From assembly GCA_018970425.1 (NCBI GenBank), contig JAGWWK010000001.1, forward strand, positions 1 to 47,003: a DNA stretch of 47,003 bases, written 5' to 3'. Origin of the DNA: Patescibacteria group bacterium. Its GTDB lineage: Bacteria > Patescibacteriota > Minisyncoccia > Phycocordibacterales > Phycocordibacteraceae. The position numbers and the translations under genes are program-made. Positions within the stretch are counted from its first letter, which is position 1. Each line of letters begins with the position of its first letter. Positions 18,496 through 26,766 of this stretch are shown here, piece by piece. The notes under the pieces are model-generated. The model was given only the letters and a program-made list of their open reading frames with translations. It made no database searches and was not told the DNA's origin.

Positions 18496-18641
18496 GGGCC
18501 TATAAGCAAAGCTTCTAGGCCCGGCACTCGGACGCCATAAGTGCAAGCACTCGCGGCGCTCCTCGTTAGGGCCTATAAGCAAAGCTTCTAGGCCCGTCAC
18601 TCGGACACCATGAGTGCAAGCACTCGCGGCGCTCCTCGTTA
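18496..18641 (+). repeat. Two tandem 73-nt tRNA 5'-flank modules (U-family): tRNA-Trp acceptor-stem minihelix mimic plus conserved 45-nt hairpin
   Basis: Units 18496-18568 and 18569-18641 are 70/73 identical. Each begins gggcctata (the first 9 nt of tRNA-Trp) and folds gggccta-t-aagc-aaa-gctt-c-taggccc-g. Then follows ctcggacgcc..gagtgcaagcactc..ggcgctcc. Confidence 0.85.
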
Positions 18642-18712
18642 GGGCCTATAGTTCAATGGTAGAACGACGGTCTCCAAAACCGTTAATCCAGGTTCGAGTC
18701 CTGGTGGGCCCG
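18642..18712 (+). tRNA. tRNA-Trp (anticodon CCA)
   Basis: gggccta/tgggccc acceptor, anticodon loop ctccaaa, T arm ccaggttcgagtcctgg, discriminator G. Confidence 0.9.
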
Positions 18713-18973
18713 CAGATGCGAAGCATCGAGAGGACTCGAACGCTGAGCGGTGCGAGTCGCTGCGACGAGCCGCGAAGCGGTGCCCAGCAGGTACCCGAAC
18801 GAAGGTGAGGGAACCTGCGCGGGCGAGGACTACGTGGGCTCCGAGATGCGAAGCATCGAGAGGACTCGAACGCTGAGCGGTGCGAGTCGCTGCGACGAGC
18901 CGCGAAGCGGTGCCCAGCAGGTACCCGAACGAAGGTGAGGGAACCTGCGCGGGCGAGTCCTGGTGGGCCCGCA
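18699..18973 (+). repeat. Two identical 113-nt tRNA 3'-flank modules (E-family) in tandem (130-nt period), interleaved with copies of the tRNA-Trp 3' end
   Basis: E copies at 18715-18827 and 18845-18957 are identical. tcctggtgggcccgca occurs at 18699-18714 (in the tRNA) and 18958-18973; a degenerate copy gactacgtgggctccga lies at 18828-18844. Confidence 0.85.
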
Positions 18974-19024
18974 GTACGTTGAGAAACTCGGACGGCTCTT
19001 TTTTCTGGTGTACACTTTTTATAT

Positions 19025-20134
19025 ATGCGTCGCTTATTTATTGCGGGGGCCGTTGCTCTGCTTACAGCGCCAACACTCGCGTTTGCGCAAACGGGTTTCT
19101 TTGGACCTATTGTACCCGAGTGCCTAGAGTTTACCGGCACTATTCGCGTCTGTCAGTTGTGTAACCTCGTCCAGCTTGCCGACAATCTGCTTAAGCTCTT
19201 TGTGTCGCTCTCTGTTGTCGCTGCAACGCTCATGTTCGCGTATGCAGGTTTCCTGTATGTTACAGCAGCAGCCAATCAGGGCAACATAGACTCCGCGAAA
19301 AGTATTTTTTCAAATACACTTATTGGGCTCATTATCATTCTAGTAGCCTTTCTCGGAATCAGTACTCTGATCCGAGTCCTAACTGGGAATGACTTACGAT
19401 TCTATACTGCCATTCAGTGCGTACAGCGCTATACGTTGGATTCCGATTTGCCAATGTTTACAGGAGTGCCTCCCATGCCATCTGTCGGCGCTACGGCCGG
19501 TGGAGCTCGAAGTGCAAGTTCTACCGCTGCTAGTGCAACTGGAAAAGGATTATCAAATGTAGACTCAAATACAAACTATAACCCGGTCGCGTGCAAAAAA
19601 ATTATAAATTACATGAGCTCTGGCCCTGGAGCGAGCTGTACGTCTGAGGCACGAAAAGCTGACCCACGCGTCGAGACTGAGTGCATGCAGGGCTGCATGG
19701 GCTCTGCGTCTGGGAAGCGCATAATAACGGCGCAAGAATACCTTTTTTGTCAGAGAAACCCTAGCAGTAGCCTAGCAGCAATTACTCAAATTGCGCCTTG
19801 GAGGTCTTACGGTTCAATGAAGTGTTCAGATGCAACCAAACAAGGTGTCACGGTCGCAATTCCTCAGGGTAGCGATATACCGCTCGGTCAGCGCTTCACA
19901 TGGCCGGAACTAGCCGATCGGTATGGTTTACCCAAGGATACTGTGTTTTCAGCTGAGGACAGGTATGCCCGTACATGCCCAGGGGGGAGACTCTGCGGTG
20001 TTATTCCCGAAAGAAACGCGCTTTCAGTCGATGTGGCACGCTGTATTTACGGAGCACCCAACTGCACCTTAAAACAGTTTTCTAGCGAGACTCCGATGAA
20101 GACGAAGCCGACGCCAGTACCTCCTGGGGGGTAA
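19025..20134 (+). CDS. Secreted fusion protein: N-terminal pilin-like two-TM domain plus ~230-aa Cys-rich C-terminal domain
   Basis: Signal peptide ending TLAFAQ; TM1, then AAANQGNIDSAKSIFSNTLIGLIIILVAFLG (same motif as the 5967-7472 paralogs); the C-terminal region has about 12 Cys. Confidence 0.6.
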   Translation: MRRLFIAGAVALLTAPTLAFAQTGFFGPIVPECLEFTGTIRVCQLCNLVQLADNLLKLFVSLSVVAATLMFAYAGFLYVTAAANQGNIDSAKSIFSNTLIGLIIILVAFLGISTLIRVLTGNDLRFYTAIQCVQRYTLDSDLPMFTGVPPMPSVGATAGGARSASSTAASATGKGLSNVDSNTNYNPVACKKIINYMSSGPGASCTSEARKADPRVETECMQGCMGSASGKRIITAQEYLFCQRNPSSSLAAITQIAPWRSYGSMKCSDATKQGVTVAIPQGSDIPLGQRFTWPELADRYGLPKDTVFSAEDRYARTCPGGRLCGVIPERNALSVDVARCIYGAPNCTLKQFSSETPMKTKPTPVPPGG

Positions 20135-20972
20135 CCGTTTGTGCATCGAACCAGCTGATTTCTTTATTTCGCTTAAACCATGTCATTTGGCGGCGCGCGA
20201 ACTTGCCGATTTCTCGCATGAGTTCGTGAGACATCGCATCGTACGAGAGAGCACCTGAGAGGTAGCGTGCTAAAAAACGGTACTCTAGCCCGAGTGATTC
20301 CATGCGCTCATACGACAACCCTTTTTCATGAAGTGTGCGTGCCTCTTCCAGCATGCCGTGTGCGAGCCGTTCCTGTAGGCGCACTCGTATGCGATCCAGA
20401 AGTACCTCGCGAGGCAGTGTAAGGCCGATCCATGTAACTTCATAGGGTGGTGGCTCTGTAGGTGTGTGCATGCCTACTCGCTCTAGTGCGCGCATAACTC
20501 GTCGCGGGTTTTTGTGGTCTACTGCCTGAAAAGCTCGCGGGTCCCGTTCTTCAAGTTCTGCAAGAAGCTCTGGAAGTGACAGTAGTGCAAGGCGAGCACG
20601 AAGTTCTGGATCGGGAGCTCCATGGTCGAGATGCACCCGTCCAAGGAGTGCGTCGATGTAGAGTCCTGAGCCACCAACAACAATCGGTACGCGTCCACGA
20701 GATTCTATATCAAGGATAGCAGCTCGGCCGTCACGTACGCAGTCGTAGGCGGTATAGATGTCCGTAGGATCTGCAATGTCTAAGAGGTGATGGGGAACTC
20801 CGCGCATCTCATCAGCTGTGATTTTCCCGGATCCTATATCGAGTCCGCGATACACTTGGCGGCTATCGGCAGACACTATTTCACCGTTCTGTGCGAGTGC
20901 GAGGCGGACGCCGAACGCGGACTTACCGACCGCGGTTGGCCCCACAATGGCGATTACGCGTTGCGGTCTCAT
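20082..20972 (-). CDS. miaA: tRNA dimethylallyltransferase
   Basis: P-loop IVGPTAVGKS; DSRQVYRGLDIGSGK. Confidence 0.9.
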   Translation of the reverse strand: MRPQRVIAIVGPTAVGKSAFGVRLALAQNGEIVSADSRQVYRGLDIGSGKITADEMRGVPHHLLDIADPTDIYTAYDCVRDGRAAILDIESRGRVPIVVGGSGLYIDALLGRVHLDHGAPDPELRARLALLSLPELLAELEERDPRAFQAVDHKNPRRVMRALERVGMHTPTEPPPYEVTWIGLTLPREVLLDRIRVRLQERLAHGMLEEARTLHEKGLSYERMESLGLEYRFLARYLSGALSYDAMSHELMREIGKFARRQMTWFKRNKEISWFDAQTVTPQEVLASASSSSESR

Positions 20973-21007
20973 GGTACACTGCCTGTGTTACCACAAATTG
21001 AAGCACT

Positions 21008-21634
21008 ATGCTACAGAACGATACGCAAGGAGGATTCGTGTGCCACACAAAAGTAGGACATCCGGTCCCAGACTACGAGTTTGAAATCTACCAGAAGGAC
21101 GAGGTCCGCAAGGCACGCCTTTCCGAATACAAAGGATCTTGGCTTGTACTGTTTTTTTACCCCGCAGACTTTACCTTTGTGTGCCCAACGGAGCTCGAGG
21201 AGCTCGCCAAACTCTACCCAGAGTTCACGAAAATCGGAGCTGAAATTCTCTCAATGAGTTCCGACACCGTTTTCACGCACAAGGCATGGCATGACACCTC
21301 GCCATCCATTAAGCAGATTACATTCCCGATGGGAGCTGATCCTGCGGGGCGTCTAGCACGAGCCTTCGGCACACTGGTCGAAAATGGCGCACTTTCTCAT
21401 GTAGATGATGAGGGCCTTTCCCTTCGCGGTACCTTTATCATCGATCCTGACGGCGTATTGAAGACTGCTGAGATTCACGACAACGGCATCGGTCGCTCTG
21501 CGAAGGAGCTCTTGCGCAAGCTGCAAGCTGCTCAGTTTGTCAGGAAAAATGGCGGGCAAGTATGTCCTGCCGAGTGGAACCCGGGCGACGACACGCTCAA
21601 GGGCGGCGACCTCTCGCTTGTAGGGAAAATATAG
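21008..21634 (+). CDS. Peroxiredoxin (typical 2-Cys, AhpC/Prx1-like)
   Basis: FFYPADFTFVCPTEL peroxidatic Cys motif; C-terminal resolving Cys context GQVCPAEW. Confidence 0.9.
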   Translation: MLQNDTQGGFVCHTKVGHPVPDYEFEIYQKDEVRKARLSEYKGSWLVLFFYPADFTFVCPTELEELAKLYPEFTKIGAEILSMSSDTVFTHKAWHDTSPSIKQITFPMGADPAGRLARAFGTLVENGALSHVDDEGLSLRGTFIIDPDGVLKTAEIHDNGIGRSAKELLRKLQAAQFVRKNGGQVCPAEWNPGDDTLKGGDLSLVGKI

Positions 21635-21654
21635 ATCCACGTTTCCGGAACAGA

Positions 21655-21683
21655 ACAAGGCCGCTACCGCGGCCTTGTTTTTT
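21655..21683 (+). terminator. Rho-independent terminator after the peroxiredoxin gene
   Basis: acaaggccgc-tacc-gcggccttgt followed by a T run. Confidence 0.75.
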
Positions 21684-21875
21684 GTGCCGGGAGAGAGACT
21701 CGGTCACAACTCGAATACTCACCTTCGTTCGTATTCGGTCGCGACCCCAGCTCGGGCACGCTCGAGACGAGCGGCATAGCGCCCTCCGCTTTTCTCGTCT
21801 CATTCCGGCAATGACAAAGCAAAACCGAAGCAGTGCTTCGGTATTTGATAGTCATAGTGCCGGGAGAGAGACTCG
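21684..21875 (-). repeat. tRNA 3'-flank module (E-family, Lys/Leu subtype, 154 nt) bounded by 19-nt direct repeats of the tRNA-Leu(CAA) 3' end
   Basis: gtgccgggagagagactcg at 21684-21702 and 21857-21875. On the tRNA strand the insert contains gcgtgcccgag, ggggtcgcgacc and hairpin gaatac-GAACGAAGGTGA-gtattc (plus-strand 21713-21736). Confidence 0.75.
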
Positions 21876-21938
21876 AACTCTCACCCCTTGCGAGACACGA
21901 TTTTGAGTCGTGCGCGTCTACCATTCCGCCATCCCGGC
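21858..21938 (-). tRNA. tRNA-Leu (anticodon CAA), long variable arm
   Basis: Reverse complement gccgggatggcggaatggtagacgcgcacgactcaaaatcgtg...gagagttcgagtctctctcccggca. Confidence 0.9.
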
Positions 21939-21969
21939 TTATTTTGCAGAATAGCGCAAAAAACGTTCG

Positions 21970-21978
21970 TGGTACAAT
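21970..21978 (+). promoter_or_regulatory. Extended -10-like box tggTACAAT, 6 nt upstream of the parB ATG
   Basis: tacaat 21973-21978, ATG 21985. Confidence 0.5.
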
Positions 21979-21984
21979 CGCTCT

Positions 21985-22929
21985 ATGCCAATGGCCTCAT
22001 CGTTTGAAAGCGACGCAATCTTTTGGGTAGATGTAGACAAAATCCGGCCAAATCCCTTTCAGCCGCGCACCGAGTTTGATGAAGGCGCGCTTAAGGCGCT
22101 GTCGGACTCAATCCGTCAGTACGGGGTGTTGCAGCCGCTTACGGTGACGCGACTGGAAGAAGAAAAACCTGACGGCGGTATCACAACATTTTATGAACTT
22201 ATTGCCGGCGAGCGGCGACTGCGTGCCTCTAAACTTGCTGGCCTGACGCGTGTTCCGGTCACAATCCGATCGGGCGAGGATACGCGTCTCATGAAGCTTG
22301 AGCTTGCGATTATAGAAAACGTGCAGCGCGAGGATTTAAATGCAATCGACCGCGCACGCGCGTTTGAACGCTTACAGAAAGAATTTTCTCTCACCAATAC
22401 GGAAATCGCGAAGAAGGTAGGAAAGTCTCGCGAATATGTCGCAAACTCGCTACGGCTCCTGATGCTACCGAGCAAGATCCAGCAAGGTGTGATGGGAGGG
22501 GCGATTACCGAGGGGCATGCCCGAGCACTTCTCATGCTTATCGATAGACCCGAGGAGCAAGATGCGCTCTTCAGAGACATTCAGATACGCAAGCTCTCGG
22601 TGCGTGACGTCGAGCGCATGAGTAGGGAGATTGCGGTAGAGAAAGCGCGCCGTCGCGACATACCGCCGGAAATTGAGCATGTAGAGCTAAAGATGGCTGA
22701 GTCACTCGGCACGAAGGTTGAAATTCGCCCGCAAGAGCAGGGCGGGAAAGTTATCATAAGCTATTTTTCGCCAGAGGACCTACAGGCTCTTCTTGCTCAC
22801 ATTGAGCGCGAGCGAAAAGCGGTAACGCAAGCTGAAAACGCCGTTGCGCCCGAGGAGCCGCATGTCATGCAGGACGACGTGCCTAAAAAAGACGAAGACG
22901 AGTTTTCACTCTCCACTTTTTCTCTCTAG
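21985..22929 (+). CDS. parB: ParB/Spo0J chromosome partitioning protein
   Basis: ParB box LIAGERRLRASKLAG; IENVQREDLN; HTH region. Confidence 0.9.
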   Translation: MPMASSFESDAIFWVDVDKIRPNPFQPRTEFDEGALKALSDSIRQYGVLQPLTVTRLEEEKPDGGITTFYELIAGERRLRASKLAGLTRVPVTIRSGEDTRLMKLELAIIENVQREDLNAIDRARAFERLQKEFSLTNTEIAKKVGKSREYVANSLRLLMLPSKIQQGVMGGAITEGHARALLMLIDRPEEQDALFRDIQIRKLSVRDVERMSREIAVEKARRRDIPPEIEHVELKMAESLGTKVEIRPQEQGGKVIISYFSPEDLQALLAHIERERKAVTQAENAVAPEEPHVMQDDVPKKDEDEFSLSTFSL

Positions 22930-22940
22930 TGCGTTGTACA

Positions 22941-24350
22941 CTACGCGCGTGCACGGTTTGCCGCAAGGGAACTCCGGATATGCTTGCGAGCAGAGGCGGT
23001 ACGCACTGAGTCAAGCCATTTACGATTTGGTTTCCCATCCTTGCGGACTTTTATTTCAACGCGATCGCCGTTTTTAAGCGGAGTATCGAGCGGCACCAGT
23101 TTGCCATTCACGAGCGCGTGCGTCGCGCGGTCGCCAAGCTCCGAGTGAAGGGCGTACGCGAAGTCGATCGGCGTCGCACCGCTCGGGAGGTCTATCGCAT
23201 CGTCCTTCGGTGTAAAGGCAAAGATGCGCTCAGCAAGATAATCTTCTTTCAGTATTTGCGGGATGAGCTCAGGGTCAAGGTCTGCTAGGGTCTCACCGAG
23301 TTCACGGAGCCAACGCACAGAGCCATGTTTGTACGCAAGGTGTGACACCGCGCCAAGCGATGCGGCTTCATGCATTTCCCGCGTGCGGATTTGTAGCTCG
23401 ACGGGAAGCGCGTTTGATGCCGTGACCGTTGTGTGGATAGACCGATACCCGTTCGGCTTTGGATATGCGATATAGTCTTTTATTCGGCCCTCAATAGGTC
23501 GCCAGAGCGCATGTATGACGCCAAGTGCGCGGTAGCAGTCATCAATCGACTCAACAATGATGCGAATAGCAAAGACATCGTATATCGCGTCAGCGCGGCC
23601 TCGCTTTCGCTTGAGCTTTTGCGCAAAACTTGCGAGCCCCTTAACGCGCATCTCAGTTTCCGCGCGAATGCCGTGGTGCAAGAGTTCCTCCTCTAGCTCA
23701 AGACGTGCACGATTCAGGTTAGCCTCCATTTCACTGCGTCGGGTCTCAAGATATGCCGCCGCATCCGCATATCCTGTGGGGTCAACTATACGAAATGAGA
23801 GGTCTTGGAGCTGTGTTTTAAAAAAGCCCATATTGAGGCGTTCCGCGATCGGAACATAAATTTCAAGGGTCTCGCGGGCAATCCGCAGTTGCTTCCGCTC
23901 CTCAACAAACTCAAGTGTCTCCATATTGTGAAGACGGTCTGCGAGTTTAATTACAATGACCCTGATATCCGCAGCAGTCGCGATGAGGAGTCGGCGTAGT
24001 GACTCCACATGCCGTTCAAGTCCCTGGTAGCGCAGTTTAGAAAGCTTGGTCACAGACTCAACCAGAAAGCGAACAGTAGAGCCAAAGTCACGCTCAATTT
24101 CCTCTGCCGTGTATGGCGTATCTTCTATCGTGTCATGCAGAATACCAGCAACGATCGTGTCTGTGTCAGCGCCGATAGTCGCGAGTGTCTTTGCAATTGC
24201 AGCCGGGTGCACGATGTACGGCTCACCACTTTTCCGGCGCTCCCCTCCGTGCATGCGCTCAGCAACATCATATGCCTGCCGGATGCGAGCGCAATCTGCG
24301 TCAGTCGGCTGACGCATTGCCTGCACGATCTCGTCTGATGGGTGTGTCAT
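22941..24350 (-). CDS. relA: RelA/SpoT-family (p)ppGpp synthetase/hydrolase, short form (HD + synthetase + TGS, no ACT region)
   Basis: HD domain (HPAAIA ... HDTIEDT), synthetase motif YPKPNGYRSIHT, and a TGS domain at the C-terminus. Confidence 0.9.
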   Translation of the reverse strand: MTHPSDEIVQAMRQPTDADCARIRQAYDVAERMHGGERRKSGEPYIVHPAAIAKTLATIGADTDTIVAGILHDTIEDTPYTAEEIERDFGSTVRFLVESVTKLSKLRYQGLERHVESLRRLLIATAADIRVIVIKLADRLHNMETLEFVEERKQLRIARETLEIYVPIAERLNMGFFKTQLQDLSFRIVDPTGYADAAAYLETRRSEMEANLNRARLELEEELLHHGIRAETEMRVKGLASFAQKLKRKRGRADAIYDVFAIRIIVESIDDCYRALGVIHALWRPIEGRIKDYIAYPKPNGYRSIHTTVTASNALPVELQIRTREMHEAASLGAVSHLAYKHGSVRWLRELGETLADLDPELIPQILKEDYLAERIFAFTPKDDAIDLPSGATPIDFAYALHSELGDRATHALVNGKLVPLDTPLKNGDRVEIKVRKDGKPNRKWLDSVRTASARKHIRSSLAANRARA

Positions 24351-24353
24351 GAA

Positions 24354-26696
24354 TTATGACCTCAGAAGCGTCGCCGCTCCCTCCGGGGTCAGGGTTCCGG
24401 CTTCACTTTCGGGAACTGGAATTCGCTTGAAGCCTTTCTTTAGGAAAAATCCTGCTTTTGATTTGTACAGATAGAGTTTACGCTTGGTTTTTGGGTGAAG
24501 TCCGATTTCACGGACCAGTGTGACTCCGGCACGTGTTTTCTTCGGCTCCTTAAAGAGTTCCATCGCGCGGTCGAGCGTTACCGTGTACGGATCATCAGCT
24601 CCTTTGAGCGATCTAAAGTCCCCATCGTGCACCACAAACGGTCCGAACTTACCAATGCCTGCGGTGATCGGTAGTCCCGTAGTCGGATGCGCTCCCAGAT
24701 CGCGCGGTAGGGAGAGGAGCTTGACGGCATCTGCGAGTGTGAGTGTGTCAGGTGTGAGCGGTGCGGTGATAGACGCGCGGCGGAGTGCGGGCTTTTTAAC
24801 CCCACCTCGCTTCGTCGGAGCTCCTTGGTCTTCGAGCGCCATCTCAACGTAGGGTCCAAAGCGTCCGTCTCGTACATAGATGGGGCGGCCGGTATCGGGG
24901 TGCGTGCCGAGCGCCTCTGCTTCGCGGATCTCATCACCGTTCTCGCGGCGAGCGCCCGTGCATTCAGGAAAACGGGCGCAGGACATAAACACGCCATTTT
25001 TACCGAGCTTCATCACCATAGTCGAGCCACACAGGGGGCAGGGAAAGCCGGCAGGAGCGTTGCCCAAGGTAGTCAGTTTCTCAATATTCGCCTTAGACTC
25101 AACCTCAGCGTGGAATGGGCGATAGAACTCGCGCAGTGTTCCCGCATAGTCGCGTTCACCATTTGCAATTTGGTCGAGCTCGTTTTCCATTTCAGCGGTA
25201 AATGAGTCGGAAATGTACGACGCAAAATGCTCTTCTAAAAACGACGACACGACGTCCCCTGTTGGGGTTGGAGTGAGTGAGCGGCCGTCCTTGAGCACGT
25301 ATTCTCGATCAATGAGTGTCTTGATAATTGAAGCATAGGTGGATGGTCGGCCAATACCGCGCTTCTCAAGCTCTTTCACGAGACCTGCTTCAGTGTAGCG
25401 TGCCGGTGGTTGCGTAAATTTTTGCTCATGGGCAAGAGATTCTAATGTGAGCGCGTCTCCTACGGTAATCTCGGGCAGAACCACGTCCTCGCCGCGCGCG
25501 CGCGGGTCAGCCGCGAGCCAGCCATCAAATTTAATAACAGATCCGGTGGTAGTAAATGGAACGACGTCTGGTGTTTCAATAACGAGTTTCGTGCGCAGGA
25601 GTTCCGCATCGGTCATTTGCGATGCGACCGTACGCGCGTGGATGAGTGCGTAGAGGCGCTCCTCCTCTTCAGTACTGCCTGCAGCAGTTCGAAACACATC
25701 GGTGGGTCGGACCGCCTCATGGGCCTCCTGCGCATTCTTGCTCTTTGTGGTGTATGTGCGGGCTCGGTGATACTCCGCGCCATACGTCTTCGTTACAAAG
25801 CTTGCGAGTGCCGCAACAGCAACAGATGCCAAGTTGGTTGAATCTGTGCGCATATAGGTAATAAGTCCCTGCTCATACAGTTTCTGCGCGACGCGCATGG
25901 TGCGGCTAGGAGAAAAACCAAGCCTCGATGACGCCGCTTGCTGGAGCGTCGATGTGGTGAAGGGTGGTCGAGGTGCGCGAGAAACCGGCGTCCGCTCATG
26001 AGCGGAGAGCGTCCATGCGCCGCGCGTGCCGAGCGTAACTATAGAATCCGCCTCCGCGCGCGTTTTCGGCTCTACACTTGCGGTTGCGCTGATTTCAACT
26101 CCGTCCGGGGTGCGAAATAGGCCGGTAATCGTATAAAACTCCTCTGGCACAAATGCACGAATTTCACGCTCACGCTCGCAAAGGATCCGGAGCGCCGGAC
26201 TTTGCACACGGCCCGCGGACAGTCCATAGCGAACCTTTTTCCAGATGAGCCCGGACAGGTCGTAGCCCACCAGGCGATCAAGCACGCGCCGCGCTTCTTG
26301 TGCGCGTCGCAGGTTTTGGTCAATTGGGCGAGGATTTTCTACAGCCGAGGTAACTGCGTCTTTGGTGATCTCATTGAAGACGATTCGCTTCGCTTTTTTG
26401 AGTTTTGCGACCTCAGCCACATGCCAGGCGATAGCCTCGCCCTCGCGGTCGGGGTCGGTTGCGAGCAGTACATCATCAGCTTCAAGTGCCGCCTTCTTGA
26501 TGCGGTCAATAACATCAGACTTGCCCGGAGTTACCACGTATTTAGGTCTAAAGTCGTGCGCTATATCAATAGCGTCTTTTGAAGACTTGGGCAGGTCGCG
26601 CACATGGCCAACCGAGGCGAGCACCTTGTAGCCACGACCGAGGTACTTCTCAATAGTCTTGGCCTTTGCCGGAGACTCTACAATAACGAGTTTCAT
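24354..26696 (-). CDS. topA: DNA topoisomerase I
   Basis: TOPRIM start MKLVIVESPAKAKTIEKYLG, active-site region ITYMRTDS, Zn ribbon CPLCGS...CARFPEC. Confidence 0.95.
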   Translation of the reverse strand: MKLVIVESPAKAKTIEKYLGRGYKVLASVGHVRDLPKSSKDAIDIAHDFRPKYVVTPGKSDVIDRIKKAALEADDVLLATDPDREGEAIAWHVAEVAKLKKAKRIVFNEITKDAVTSAVENPRPIDQNLRRAQEARRVLDRLVGYDLSGLIWKKVRYGLSAGRVQSPALRILCEREREIRAFVPEEFYTITGLFRTPDGVEISATASVEPKTRAEADSIVTLGTRGAWTLSAHERTPVSRAPRPPFTTSTLQQAASSRLGFSPSRTMRVAQKLYEQGLITYMRTDSTNLASVAVAALASFVTKTYGAEYHRARTYTTKSKNAQEAHEAVRPTDVFRTAAGSTEEEERLYALIHARTVASQMTDAELLRTKLVIETPDVVPFTTTGSVIKFDGWLAADPRARGEDVVLPEITVGDALTLESLAHEQKFTQPPARYTEAGLVKELEKRGIGRPSTYASIIKTLIDREYVLKDGRSLTPTPTGDVVSSFLEEHFASYISDSFTAEMENELDQIANGERDYAGTLREFYRPFHAEVESKANIEKLTTLGNAPAGFPCPLCGSTMVMKLGKNGVFMSCARFPECTGARRENGDEIREAEALGTHPDTGRPIYVRDGRFGPYVEMALEDQGAPTKRGGVKKPALRRASITAPLTPDTLTLADAVKLLSLPRDLGAHPTTGLPITAGIGKFGPFVVHDGDFRSLKGADDPYTVTLDRAMELFKEPKKTRAGVTLVREIGLHPKTKRKLYLYKSKAGFFLKKGFKRIPVPESEAGTLTPEGAATLLRS

Positions 26697-26766
26697 TCTA
26701 TTAATTAGTACGCTAGTAGAGCATTTGCGTCAAACCGCGTGTGGGGGCAGGTCGATGCAGCGGACG

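Noticed and set aside
18715-18957. E module as a known small self-cleaving ribozyme (hammerhead, HDV-like/theta, twister) that processes the tRNA 3' end
   Set aside because: I found no CUGAUGA...GAAA hammerhead core. The local 5' hairpin right after the tRNA does not fit the nested P1/P2 topology of HDV-like ribozymes. I cannot fold or scan it here, so ribozyme activity is neither supported nor excluded, and it is not claimed.
18496-18973. CRISPR array hypothesis for the regularly spaced repeats around tRNA-Trp (and similarly 35380-36146 and 36741-36886)
   Set aside because: The would-be spacers are identical between units rather than unique. The units contain pieces of the adjacent tRNA. 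The periods (73, 74, 80, 130 nt) and unit structure do not fit repeat-spacer architecture. No cas genes or leader are present.
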